This document shows positions 11,929-25,644 of a DNA stretch of 64,000 bases, one piece after another. Numbering within the stretch: the stretch's first letter is position 1; each line of letters opens with the position of its first letter. Made by a program: the position numbers and the translations under genes. The DNA comes from Macrostomum lignano. Taxonomy: Eukaryota. The notes beneath the pieces are model-generated. The model had not been told where the DNA came from, searched no databases, and was given only the letters and a program-made list of their open reading frames with translations. The stretch lies in NCBI GenBank assembly GCA_002269645.1, contig NIVC01002864.1:70308-134307 (forward strand), in the 5' to 3' direction.

Positions 11929-13549
11929 ATGCGCACGGATCCCGCATCGCCGCCTAGCGAGGACGACCGAATCCGGTTCGGCCTGAGCACCAGGATGAAC
12001 AAGCAGGAACTGCTCGATCTGCTACAGGCCGCCAGCGAGGGAGCCGTCAAGTCCAAGCCGCTCTCCCGCGTTGACGGTCTCGAATTCACTTCCATCGGCT
12101 GCGGAATTCTTGTCCTGGCCGAGAGCGACTCACTTCATGTTGTCTTCTGCCTTCGAGCTCTCGACATCTGCTGCGAATACGAGATCCGGGCTCGCCTGAC
12201 CTGCTGCATCCAGATTGACGGCAATCTGGTCAGCTGCCGAGCCCTGGCAGAGCCCGCCTCCTGGACCACCGGCAGAGACATCGTCACGCTGCCCTCCTGC
12301 CTCAGCCGCTCCGATCTGGAGAACCCTGCGGGTGCCGCCGAGGAAACTTCGTCAGATCCGAGCGCATCCATTGTCGAGTTCTGCTTCCTCCTCCGCATCA
12401 CGGACGCGTCGCCAGCGTTCCTGAAGCCACCGCCTGTGGCCGCATTCGACGGGGTGCCCGGCAACGGCTACGGCGGCGATGATGAGGAGGACGAGGAAGG
12501 CGGACCCAGCGAAGAAGACATCGACGAATCGGCCTGGGTGACGCTGCGATGCCGGGACGGCTCGGTGCGGGCGCCCCGGCTGCTGCTGCTGACGCACTCC
12601 GACTACTGCCGCGTGCTGCTCACCTCGCCGTTGTGGAACTTCGACGCCGATCGAGACGCGGCCATCCACTGCGACGCGGAGTACACCTTCGAGATGAAGT
12701 GCTTCCTGTTCTACCTGCAGTCGCATCAGTCCTTCAACATTGCCAGGTTTGAAACGTTTCGCATGCTGGCTCGCATTGCGGATCAATATGGCGTGCCGGC
12801 GGTTCTGCTGCAGTGCAGTCGGTTCATCAACCACTGCCTACAGGTGAGACTGGCGGCTTCCGAAGGGTTTGGCAGGTCACGGATCCGGTCGGGGGTGGTG
12901 CGAGCTCGTCCAGTCCCAGTGGGTGTCCGAGGTGCCGTCTTCGCGCTTCGTTGAAATGCGGGCAGAAGGTGACGGTGTGCTACAAAGTTTCCTCCTCTAG
13001 ATCACAAAAGGGACAAATCGGAGAGCAATCACTTTGTAGTGAAAGAAGGAAGGATTGGGTATTGTTGCTTTTAATTTGTTGGGTTTTCGTCACTAGGAAA
13101 TTTTCCGGCCTACGCCTTACAGTTAAGAGCAAAGCATGTTTCGCCCAAAGTTAAAGTTCAAAGTTAGGCCATTTTTAATCCGTTTGGTGTCATGAAACAA
13201 TGACGTGTAATTTTTCTGTAAAATCTCTACATTCCAGATGGACGCCGCAGCCAAACCGACCGGCTCTGGCGGCTCTGTGACGTCGTCATCAGGCGAGGCG
13301 TCTCAGACTCAGACTCGGATCAGCTGGAGCCCAGGCGATCTCGTCAGCCTGTGGCTCACCTGCAACCGGCACTTGCATGAGCCGCAGCTGCAACTGGCCG
13401 TGATGCGCGCGATTCGGCGACACTTTTCCTACAGCAGCGTTGTGCAGAGCCAGGACTTCCAGTTCCTGTCGGAGAACGACAAGAACTGCTTCTGCCACGA
13501 GTTTTGTCTGCTGGATGGCGGTGGCTCGCCGAGGTCTCAGACCGCCTGA
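11929..13549 (+). CDS. BTB/POZ-domain protein with a divergent MATH-like N-terminus and BACK-like C-terminus (SPOP-like architecture), ~408 aa
   Basis: join(11929..12843,13238..13549) with CAG|GTGAGA donor and TTCCAG|ATG acceptor, phase 0. BTB-like segment [29 protein letters not shown]...[21 protein letters not shown]. Exon 2 LWLTCNRH...[22 protein letters not shown] fits a BACK-like pattern. Confidence 0.8.
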
Positions 13550-14708
13550 CTGGACTCAAAACTCTCTTTGCCGTTCATTCCTGTCAGGTTTTGATTGCGT
13601 GCGGGACTCGAACCATTGCGGTCTAGTCGGCACAATGATTTACTACTTAGGTCTGTTCTGTAAATGTGTGTCCTAAATCAATGCCCATACTTCGATTCTT
13701 TAGTTCTTGTACTTAGAAAAGTAATTCACGAGATTCGGCCCTATTTTTTACACAAAACTTCACCCTTCGCTCTCGCTTTTTATGCTATGGTTAAATTGTA
13801 AATTCAAAATTTTATTATCAATCATTCTGCGATGCAATGCACTATTAATGAGCGCCAATACTGCAGTATCGACGTTCGATCATAAATCGTTTTTATTCGT
13901 TTCTGATGCCCCTTCGCCTAGCTGCTCTCCTGATATTGCACCCGAGTCTGTCTACTGAATCATTTCAAGCGTTAATTGTGCAAAAAAAATCTGAGAGTTA
14001 AAAACGGAGTTTTCTGCGCAATAAAAAATACGCATCGTCACTCAGTTTTTTTGTTCGATCAAAACTTGGTGCAACCCGTCTGGTTTAAGAATTGGACCGG
14101 CTTTTGGGCAGTAAATTATGCAGTTCTTTGAAATGCGGAAGCAGCCAGTTGAATCCAGCTGCATGCGGAACCAAAATGCGGTGAGGGGGAGCGGGGTCGC
14201 TGCTCCCCAAGCAATACAGCCATGAACGGAAGGAACGCGAGAGAGAGAGAGACAGAAACTACTTTGCCCTTCTAGGTAGTTGTTTGTACGCTTGAGAGCG
14301 GGGTCTTAAAGGTAACCCCCCCCTCCCGCCTTCCCCCTCTCCTCCTCCAGCTCCAGTCCTATTATCACAATCCACAAGTTGCGTACAGTCGAGGCGGATT
14401 GAGAACCCTGAAAAGCAAGACTCGGAAAGCGGTTTTATCCAGTCTTCTTATTCACACTACTACGACTACTGAGCTGGAGAACTCTTATGTGCACGGGAGA
14501 GAGCTTACAGATGAAGTTAAAAAGCGTTCCAATCTCTTTCCAGGGCAACAATAAGAATGAGCTCTTTGGTCTGGTTCTTGCGTAAGCCCAGCTGGGTAGC
14601 ACAAAAAGGGCCATTGGTCAGAATAAATACTTAGTCATGGCTTGTCTCGCCTTTCCTAAGCTGAAGAGTCTCAAGAGTTCTAAAACGACTCTCACCAGTA
14701 AATGATTA

Positions 14709-15077
14709 ATGAGTGCAAAGAGGCTTACAGGATCAGCAGAGTCGAGTCCGCGACCGTCCACTCAGCCAAGCATGCTTGAGCTGGGTCGGATCTACGGTGC
14801 ACCAGATTCCGGAGCTTGGATCGCTGTTTCCATGGCGACAGTGTTGCTTATTCTGCTGCTGATGTGCCTCAGCTGGCTGGGCTGCGATCCACCTCCGAGC
14901 AAGAAGCTACCATCACCTCCGCCGCCGACACAGGTGCAGCAGTCATCGACAACAGTTCAAATCGACCAGTGCGACGACTGCTCTGACAATGATGAAGACA
15001 TTGACGATCAACATTGTCGCTTGTCGCTGTCAAGCTCGAATTGTTCCGCTGATCATGTTTGTCGCGATGCTGCTTAG
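14709..15077 (+). CDS. Possible small single-pass membrane protein (122 aa, or ~101 aa from the Met at 14772)
   Basis: One hydrophobic segment WIAVSMATVLLILLLMCLSWLGC followed by a Pro-rich and an acidic/Cys tail. No family recognised. Confidence 0.4.
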   Translation: MSAKRLTGSAESSPRPSTQPSMLELGRIYGAPDSGAWIAVSMATVLLILLLMCLSWLGCDPPPSKKLPSPPPPTQVQQSSTTVQIDQCDDCSDNDEDIDDQHCRLSLSSSNCSADHVCRDAA

Positions 15078-15200
15078 AGCTTGTTGATACAAGTTTAATG
15101 TTTGTGCATGCGCATTGTGTTAGTAATTTTTTCTGCTCTGGTCAGAGATGAAGTACTGTTGTATGACTATTGCTCATCATTTTTATCATTCACATTCACA

Positions 15201-16955
15201 CTAGGAGACAGAGGTGTCCACACTATAAGACAGGACTGTCCACACTAGGAGACAGAGGTGTCCACACTATAAGACAGGACTGTCCACACTAGGAGACAGA
15301 GGTGTCCACACTATAAGACAGGACTGTCCACACTAGGAGACAGAGGTGTCCACACTATAAGACAGGACTGTCCACACAGGAGACAGATGTGTCCACACTA
15401 TAAGACAGGACTTCCACAGGAGACAGAGGTGTCCACACTATAAGACAGGACTTCCACACTATGAGACAGAGGTGTCCACACTATAAGACAGGACTTCCAC
15501 ACTAGGAGACAGAGGTGTCCACACTATAAGACAGGACTGTCCACACTAGGAGACAGAGGTGTCCACACTATAAGACAGGACTGTCCACACTAGGAGACAG
15601 AGGTGTCCACACTATAAGACAGGACTGTCCACACAGGAGACATATGTGTCCACACTATAAGACAGGACTTCCACAGGAGACAGAGGTGTCCACACTATAA
15701 GACAGGACTTCCACACTATGAGATAGAGGTGTCAACACTATAAGACAGGACTTCCACAGGAGACAGAGGTGTCCACACTATAAGACAGGACTTCCACACT
15801 AGGAGACAGAGGTGTCCACACTATAAGACAGGACTTCCACAGGAGACAGAGGTGTCCACACTATAAGACAGGACTTCCACACTAGGAGACAGAGGTGTCC
15901 ACACTATAAGACAGGACTTCCACACTAGGAGACAGAGGTGTCCACACTATAAGACAGGACTGTCCACACAGGAGACAGAGGTGTCCACACTATAAGACAG
16001 GACTGTCCACACAGGAGACAGAGGTGTCCACACTATAAGACAGAACTGTCCACACAGGAGACAGATGTGTCCACACTATAAGACAGGACTTCCACAGGAG
16101 ACAGAGGTGTCCACACTATAAGACAGGACTTCCACACTATGAGATAGAGGTGTCAACACTATAAGACAGGACTTCCACAGGAGACAGAGGTGTCCACACT
16201 ATAAGACAGGACTTCCACACTAGGAGACAGAGGTGTCCACACTATAAGACAGGACTTCCACAGGAGACAGAGGTGTCCACACTATAAGACAGGACTTCCA
16301 CACTAGGAGACAGAGGTGTCCACACTATAAGACAGGACTTCCACACTAGGAGACAGAGGTGTCCACACTATAAGACAGGACTGTCCACACAGGAGACAGA
16401 GGTGTCCACACTATAAGACAGGACTGTCCACACAGGAGACAGAGGTGTCCACACTATAAGACAGAACTGTCCACACAGGAGACAGATGTGTCCACACTAT
16501 AAGACAGGACTGTCCACACTAGGAGACAGAGGTGTCCACACTATAGGACAGGACTGTCCACACTAGGAGACAGAGGTGTCCACACTATAGGACAGGACTG
16601 TCCACACTAGGAGACAGAGGTGTCCACACTATAAGACAGGACTGTCCACACTAGGAGACAGAGGTGTCCACACTATAGGACAGGACTGTCCACACTAGGA
16701 GACAGAGGTGTCCACACTATAAGACAGGATTTCCACACTAGGAGACAGAGGTGTCCACACTATAAGACAGGACTGTCCACACTAGGAGACAGAAGTGTCC
16801 ACACTATAAGGGAGATGTCTTCACTGTCCACACTATAAAATATGTTCAAATTACAAAACAGAAGTATCCACACCAAGGCAGACGTGTCCACACCATGAGA
16901 GAGGTGTCCACACTATGAGATAGAGGTGTTAACACTATAAGACAGGACTGTCCAT
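15201..16955. repeat. 44-bp minisatellite (CTAGGAGACAGAGGTGTCCACACTATAAGACAGGACTGTCCACA) with higher-order structure
   Basis: About 38 units. Variant blocks such as TATGAGATAGAGGTGTCAACAC recur at ~15717 and ~16138. Confidence 0.95.
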
Positions 16956-17459
16956 TGACACCACGTGGGTTTCTAGTTAAAGACAAATCTCAAGTCTCTT
17001 AAGGTACATTTTGGTTAATTAATTACACTCTAGTTACATGTAGTGCGAAATCGTGACCGCGAACCGCTGTATTAACTTTCTCTAGGTTTCTCTGACCTTC
17101 TAATCGTTTCATCGCATCGACCTTCACGACTGCGCCGCGTGATAAATGCGTGGACTATAATTCTGCCTGGACAGAACTAGCGAACAAAAAATGAAAGAAA
17201 TATGACATTTTTCCAAGTCCGAATTTCACGCGTTGCGGTTCGTGGACGCTTGATTAATTTTCAAATACGCTGTAATTTGTAAAGAGGCCGCTAATTGTAA
17301 ATAAACAAACCAAAAATATTTGGCTTATGCAGTAATGTTCGCAGTTTGCTACTAAGTAAAGCTAATAATTTCTCTCAAATTGCACTTTTCATGATAGAGA
17401 ATGAACTGTTAAATTTCAAAGTCGGTTACCTAATTAGCTTTATTAGGTTCAGAAAACAT

Positions 17460-18400
17460 TAATGACGCTAAACTAGATATTTGTGACGCTAAAATAGACA
17501 TTAGTGACGCTAAAATAGACATTAGTGACGCTAAACTAGATATTTGTAACGCTAAAATAGACATTAGTGACGCTAAACTAGACATTAGTGACGCTAAACT
17601 AGACATTAGTGACGCTAAACTAGACATTAGTGACACTAAACTAGACATTAGTGACGCTAAACTAGACATTAGTGACTAAACGAGACATTAGTGACGCTAA
17701 ACTAGACATTAGTGACGCTAAACTAGACATTAGTGACGCTAAACTAGACATTAGTGACGCTAAAATAGACATTAGTGACGCTAAACTAGACATTAGTGAC
17801 TAAACTAGACATTAGTGACGCTAAACTAGACATTAGTGACTAAACTAGACATTAGTGACGCTAAACTAGACATTAGTGACGCTAAAATAGACATTAGTGA
17901 CGCTAAAATAGACATTAGTGACGCTAAACTAGACATTAGTGACGCTAAACTAGACATTAGTGACGCTAAACTAGACATTAGTGACGCTAAAATAGACATT
18001 AGTGACGCTAAACTAGACATTAGTGACTAAACTAGACATTAGTGACGCTAAACTAGACATTAGTGACTAAACTAGACATTAGTGACGCTAAACTAGACAT
18101 TAGTGACGCTAAAATAGACATTAGTGACGCTAAAATAGACATTAGTGACGCTAAACTAGACATTAGTGACGCTAAACTAGACATTAGTGACGCTAAACTA
18201 GATATTTGTGACGCTAAAATAGACATTAGTGACGCTAAACTAGACATTAGTGACTAAACTAGACATTAGTGACGCTAAACTAGACATTAGTGACGCTAAA
18301 CTAGACATTAGTGACGCTAAAATAGACATTAGTGACGCTAAACTAGACATTAGTGACGCTAAACTAGACTTTAGTGACGCCAATCTACACATTTTTGGGC
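17460..18400. repeat. 21-bp minisatellite (GACGCTAAACTAGACATTAGT)
   Basis: About 44 units, with occasional 19-bp deletion variants. ORFs ISDAKLD/MSSLASL are artefacts. Confidence 0.95.
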
Positions 18401-18804
18401 CAATCTACACATTAATGGGGCCATCTACACAATAGTAGCGTTAATCATAATGCTGAAAAACATGACGTCAAACTCATTAGCGTCATAAAGTTAAGGAACG
18501 AGGGTGAATTTAATGAGGAAAAGACACAAAAGGACAGCAATAGCTGCTGGCTTCAAGCAACGCAGGGGAATTCAGAAGTCGGAGGTGCCCTTTCGCAAAG
18601 AACAGAACTTGCGTGTAGCGCAGCTTCTTTCATCTGCCTGATTAGTTGTTGGGATTCTCAAATCGCAGAGCACTTTCAATTTAGCTGGGGGATAAATGTA
18701 GCTCAAGGCGAAAGTACATCGAGTAATGGTCAGAAAACCAATGTTTATTCTGGTGAGGACGCTGCATACTCCCTTTGAGCAGGGGCTTTGTCGACCCCTG
18801 CATC

Positions 18805-18960
18805 TTGTGACCCGTTATGAAAATCAATAATTTTCTTTCCGGGCGCCAAAATACATCGCCTTTGGCGCCAAAATGAATGTCTGCGGCGCCAAAATAAGTG
18901 CCTACGGCGCCTGCAAAAATGAGTGTCTGCGGCGCCAAAATGAGCGTCTTTAAAACTTAT
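18805..18960 (+). mobile_element. Fragment of the 21-bp-minisatellite TIR element
   Basis: TGACCCGTTATGAAAATCAATAATTTT followed by ~4 GGCGCCAAAATGAGTG units, matching the 5950 element. Confidence 0.65.
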
Positions 18961-19614
18961 AATGAGAAAAAACTTCAAAGTTTGAATTAGCAGCCTACTT
19001 CTAGTAGACACTCGGCCCACAGAATTTGAATCGTATTTTTTAGTTTTCATTTTCTAGTTAACGTGCCGTATTAGCGTTCGAGTTTTTATTGCGGTAATTT
19101 AATTTAAATCTTATATTGGTTGATAATTTTGAAAACACACTCAAATTGATGCTGCTGTAATAGTAATAAATTATAACAAAATTAGATTTGTTTTATTCGG
19201 CTAAACTTTAAATAGAAGTTTATAGCGTTTATTCATTAGCAGAAGACGTTCATCCATTTGTTATATTTCGTGTGTTCCAGTTTATCTTTCTCTCTACTAC
19301 GCGCGAACAGACAATGCATGCAGCTACGACCCTTTAAGCAGTTTAGTATAAAACTTTCATAGCAATAAAAAGCGGTGCCTTATGGTCGCGAGTTCATCTA
19401 CCTAAGAGCTGCAGTTCTTCTTTTTAAAAAATTACTTTGCTAGAATTTTCTATTCTATTATATCGTCTTCTAGGTTGAGAGAAATTTTAAAGCTTACTGT
19501 AGTTGCCTAAAACTTGACTGTGTTGAGCAGTTGGGTAGGAAAATGACAATTTACAGTGAATAAGTCTCAGACGTAGCTATCTGAACATCTTTTGAGTTCT
19601 GCACTATGAATTAT

Positions 19615-21464
19615 TCAAGCATTGTAAAGTGACACACTGACGTCACGGCTTTTGCCTTCCGAGCTTTCAAGCAGACTCAGTTCGGTGTCTTTAGTAGCCA
19701 CTCGCTTTCGAGGCTGCTGTCTACGTCGCTTGCTGTCTGCAGCGTTAGGGTTGGGATCCTGACCTTCGCTGCTGTCCAGGTTGTCCGAATCCCCGTTGGG
19801 TCGAGTTTCCTTTAAATCGTCCGCATCTTCCAAGTCATCGTTTGGATCGATTTTGCCGTCTGACTCACGCTGTAGCTGGTCATTTGCAGCCGCCAAGGAC
19901 GCCTTCAGTCCACGGGTGATGCACAACTCGTACAGCCAGGAGCCCACGGCTGCGCCAAGGTACGGACCCAGCAGCGGTGCCACGAAGCTGGAGTTGCCGC
20001 CAAGACTAAACAGGCCGGTTGTGCAGCCGTCCACGGCAAGTTGAAACACGGCGACAACGATTCTGGACGGCAAGTCGCGAGCGGGGTTCAACGAACAGCC
20101 GGACAGAGGCGCGGTGCACAGGGTGAGCGCCAGGACCGTTGCCGCGATCATTGGCGGCTGTAGGTACAGCGGCGGCCCAGCGTTGCGGTTGTCGGTGATG
20201 CCACGGACGGCCAGGATGAAAGAGCCGGTGGCGAACACCTGCCGGGTTGGTTGGAAGCGTCTGTCAAATTTAGGTCTATGACGTCATAGGCCTCGCCCCG
20301 TCAACAGGAGGTCATGCAGTCATCCTCTGACCTCAGTAAAATTTTTGGGGGGGGTAACATTCCAAATGCTTTTGTCACCACCTCCTCCCCCCTCACCGAA
20401 CCTCATGACCCGTTGATGAAAATCAATAATTTTGCTTCAAGGTGACAAAAGATCGTTCCTGCGGCGCTAAAATGAGTGCCTGTGGCGCTAAAATGAGGCG
20501 CTAAAATGAGTAGGAGTTAAAATGAGTGTCTGCGACGCCAAAATGAGTAGGCGCTAAAATGGGTGTCTGCGGCGCCAAAATGAGTAGGCGCTAATATGAG
20601 TGCCTGCGGCGCCAAAATGAGTAGGCGCTAATATGAGTGACTGCGGCGCCAAAAAAAGTGCCTGTGTGGCGCTAAAATTAGTCGGCGCTAAAATGAGTGC
20701 CTGTAGCGCCAAAATGATTGCCTGCGGCGCCAAAATAAGCACTAAACGCTGACAACACCGATTCTAAAAATAATATGTACAAGTGCACATGTCCATGTAG
20801 AATTCTAGGCTTTGCCCCCCCCCACCACTATAAAATCCATGGCGACGCCTCTGCTCTGACCCTTGAGCACGGATACAGTATGTACTCGTACCCAGATTCA
20901 ACACCTCAGTTCTCTCACCTCGCTAGACAAAGCACGCCACAATGACACACTCTGATGCGCATGCGTCACGTAGATTGCCTCCATTTGTTCCGCAGCAGAA
21001 TGCGCAGCAAAAGTCGATGCAACATTCGCTGCCGCCTCGGTGATGTTACCTGCGTTGCCCGCAACGGCTGAGGACGCAATCTTGGCGGTCTCGAAGTCCA
21101 GCAGAGGCGGATAGAAGAAGCAGCACACAAGAGCTGCAGCCAGCAGGCCTCCGGTGTACTGTGCAGTCTGGTAGAGCAGGAAGTCGGCCAGAGACATGCG
21201 TTTCACAGCGAACATGGCTGTTGAGACGGCCGGATTGATGTGCCCCCCAGAGGCTCCCATGGTTACGTAGAGAGCCACAACCAGAGCCAAGCCGGAGCCC
21301 AGCTGAGCGGTGGCTGGGGCGGACAGGGCGGCCGTGGCAGCGGCAGACAGGCCGAGAGACACCAGCAGAAAAGTTCCCAGCAGCTCCGACGTTGCCATGT
21401 GCCAGTTGCGAGAACTGGTGATGCCGGAGCACGAGCAAGATTGATCGTCGAATGTCGAGCTCAT
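19615..21464 (-). CDS. Aquaglyceroporin (MIP family, AQP3/7/9/10-type), 389 aa
   Basis: complement(join(19615..20238,20919..21464)) with GAG|GTGAGA donor and GGCAG|GTG acceptor, phase 0. Motifs SELLGTFLLV, SGGHINPAVS, AQYTGG, ITDNRN and LNPARD; the Asp after the second NPA-R is the glyceroporin signature. Confidence 0.93.
20285..20853 (+). mobile_element. 21-bp-minisatellite TIR element (copy 2) in the aquaporin intron
   Basis: Right end TAAAATCCATGGCGACGCCTCTG, degenerate left end CATAGGCCTCGCC, internal GCGGCGCCAAAATGAGT units and shared unique segments. Confidence 0.75.
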
Positions 21465-21886
21465 GTCTTCAAATTGCCTGTTGTCGCTTCAGCAAGACAA
21501 TGCAGTAATTAAAGCTCGCAGTATTGAAAAAGAATCTTTTTACTCTGTACTCTACGGGGCGCAAGTTCAATAAATAGGGCTACGGTCTCAACTGTAGACC
21601 TTATTCTGGAAAGCGAGAATTCATAACTGCAACGATCTCCGATTGGATACCACAGTTTCTTTCGAATGCATACTGGTATACGGCATGGACGAGACGACAG
21701 GCAGATAGTGGAAAGAAAGAGTATAAGAGGGCATCGTGAAAGAGACAAAAGGGTCCGGCGCGGTGTTGTACATTCCCGAATGCGAAGTGTGTTTCAGGTA
21801 CACAGGGTTAAAAGTACAAATGAGAGAGTAGACTCACTTTTGTTTGATGCACTTAGTAGATGGATAGATAGTTGCTAACTGCTTTT

Positions 21887-23052
<1,166 letters not shown>

Positions 23053-24809
23053 GTTATCTATTTTTGTAATTTTTTACGCCGAAAACAAATGAGTTAAGCA
23101 CGACAAACCAATTGCTCTTTTACAGTGGGACAAAAAGCTGAAGCCATGTGTAAGATTAATAGCAATGGAGGCAAAATGCGAGGATAGCATGCAACCGCGG
23201 GGCATGCTGCCTGGCATTTAAGAATACTTTTTGTCACTATACAGTAGTGAAGTCACGGGTGTTTAATCTTCTCCGTCACTTCCTGATCCTGGTCCTATCC
23301 TCTTCTGCGTTTTGTTTTAACTAACCTAGAAGAGTATATATTGTTCACAAAATATAAATATAGATTTTTCCAGGACATGTTAAGGGAGTGGAATGACGAG
23401 ACACGTGCTTTCAAACTCCTGCATCAGCTAAATAATCAATAGCAATGGTAATGATATGACGGATTGCAGTGTGATGACCTTATTATATTTGTCTTGCTTA
23501 ACTGATTAAAAAGATCAAACGCTTCTGTTTTTTCTGCTTAAATTAATTTCCAACATGTTCTTAATCAAAGACTAGTTTTTATCTTCTTGTGGTATTGTGG
23601 TTACTTTTATTGATTTTGGGTATAATTTTTAATTTAATGTTTTTTTCTATCTATATTGAAATCTTCTGTCAAAAGTTCATTCCTTTTTATTTTTAATAAA
23701 TTTGCAATAAAAGTGATAGGTCTGTCAGTGTCACTATCTATGCTGTGTGGGAATATTATTCTTCTATCCTGGACCTGGGGCTGGGGCCAGCATATTGTGT
23801 GTCTACAAAATGCCACCAATAACATAATAAGATGATTCTTTTCTTGTGTCTACAGCTATAATAAGAAGCACATAATGTAATTCTAGTAGTATATTGAAGT
23901 ACAATATTCTATTGAGGGTTTCTCATAGTTAAAATTACTATTTGGGAATCAAATGGTCATGGCTTTTTCTAATAGATGTAACTGGCCTAACTAAGCCCCA
24001 AAGAAATTTATTTAATTGCTTAATCTACCTATATAATTTTTAAATACTTATTGATTATTTCAAATTCGATAGATTTTTATTATCTTTATTTATAATTAAG
24101 TTTATAAATATCTTAGTAATGAAAAGATCAAATCTAATAAACCAATTATGACTAGAAATTTTTATTTCTTATACCCCAATATTGTTCCTTTTTATAGGCC
24201 CCCCCTACCATAAATCTGTATTGTTGATTCAAACAAATTTGATAATAATATATAACTTATTATATTAATATATAGTATTTGCCTAAATACTATAACAAAT
24301 GTTAGAACTTTAAAAATTATTGCCTTTTATATACTATAGTCTCCCATTTAAAGCATTTGAATATAAACATTTCTTAGGTTCCTTATAAACTTATTAATCT
24401 ATTAGAGCTTATATCTAAGGCTAATAATATTTATGATACAAATGATAATAATTAAGATGTATTAGTTGATTATATAATTATATATTTTTGGATTACCCAA
24501 AACTTGATCAAATTTAACTAGGCCCTAGGAGATTAAATGTTGAGACTAACAATTGATTAAGCTTAACCTAATACAAAAATTGGTTATAAATATAAAACTA
24601 AGCAAAAGGCATATATACTATAAATGTATATAGATACATTGTTAGATAAAACTAGGCCTATGGAAAGATTATATCAGATTACCTTATTTTATAAAAGAAA
24701 ATTTTTTCAATAGGTTGCTTTTCTGTTTGTAGCTTTGAATTTTTAATATGTTTAAATAAAAGTTGCTTCTATTTGATAGTTTATAGTAATGAATTTCTTA
24801 ATCTAATCT

Positions 24810-25090
24810 GCCCACATCTACATGATTCTTGCCCCTATCTGCCTTACATCTCTAGATGATTTCTACTCCTTATCCACCATACATCCACATAATTTCCACC
24901 CCAAATCCACATGATTTCCACCCCAAATCCACATGATTTCTATTTTAAATCCACACGATTTCCTCCCCCTTATCCGCCCTAAATCTACAAGATTTCCACC
25001 CCAAATCCACATGATTTCCTCCCCCTTATCCACCCCAAATCCACATGATTTCCTCCCCCTTATCCGCCCCAAATCCACATGATTTCCGCT
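24810..25090. repeat. C-rich ~34-bp degenerate minisatellite upstream of ANKRD39
   Basis: Units such as GATTTCCTCCCCCTTATCCGCCCCAAATCCACAT. Confidence 0.8.
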
Positions 25091-25121
25091 CCCTCGTCTC
25101 CTGCAGCCCCTCTCAATCGCA

Positions 25122-25607
25122 ATGCACCCAGCTGGTAGCTGCGGCTGCTCCGGAGGCGGCGCCACCGCCCCATCGGTGGTGCAGAGCCTCTCCGAGTTGG
25201 ACTTCGATCGCGGCGTCTGGTCAGCCGCTCTGACTGGCGACCTGCCCCGACTGAAATGCCTCGTTGAAGGCGCCGACGGTCGCAAGCGCGCCTGCGTGGA
25301 TGCCAGAGACTCCGGCGGGTACACCGCCCTGCACTATGCCTGCAGGGCTGGGCACCTTGGCGTGTGCGAGTACCTCCTGGATGCTGGCGCCGATCCCAAT
25401 GCGCCAACTCGCTCCGGCGCCGCTACGCCTCTGCATCGCGCCGCAATTACCGGTAGATTGGATTGCACGCGCTTGTTGTTGGCGCGCGGCGCCAAACCTG
25501 ATGCGCTGGACGCAGATGGACGGTGTCCGGCTAGTAGGGCGGCCGAGGCCGGACACTCTGAGCTGGCCGACCTGATTGAGAAGGCGAAACTGGAGTCTGC
25601 CGGTTGA
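25122..25607 (+). CDS. ANKRD39: Ankyrin repeat domain-containing protein 39 orthologue, 161 aa, intronless CDS
   Basis: QSLSELDFDRGVWSAALTGD, DSGGYTALHYACRAGH and ATPLHRAA match the ANKRD39 signature (Q-T/S-L-x-E-M/L-D-F-E/D-R-G-I/V-W-S-A-A) plus ankyrin repeats. Confidence 0.92.
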   Translation: MHPAGSCGCSGGGATAPSVVQSLSELDFDRGVWSAALTGDLPRLKCLVEGADGRKRACVDARDSGGYTALHYACRAGHLGVCEYLLDAGADPNAPTRSGAATPLHRAAITGRLDCTRLLLARGAKPDALDADGRCPASRAAEAGHSELADLIEKAKLESAG

Positions 25608-25644
25608 ATTTGCTGTTCAACAATATTCAAACTTGTTCGTGATT

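Noticed and set aside
15201-16955. CRISPR-like appearance of regularly spaced repeats (also 35130-36355)
   Set aside because: Units are contiguous without unique spacers, there are no cas genes, and the context is eukaryotic.
17430-18435. (ISDAKLD)n ORFs resembling coiled-coil heptads
   Set aside because: A 21-bp satellite with frame-breaking 19-bp variants.
23760-23830. Minus-strand YWWHFVD resembling the COX3 WYWHFVD motif
   Set aside because: Flanking residues do not match COX3 and stops surround it. Kept only as part of the unexplained AT-rich island.
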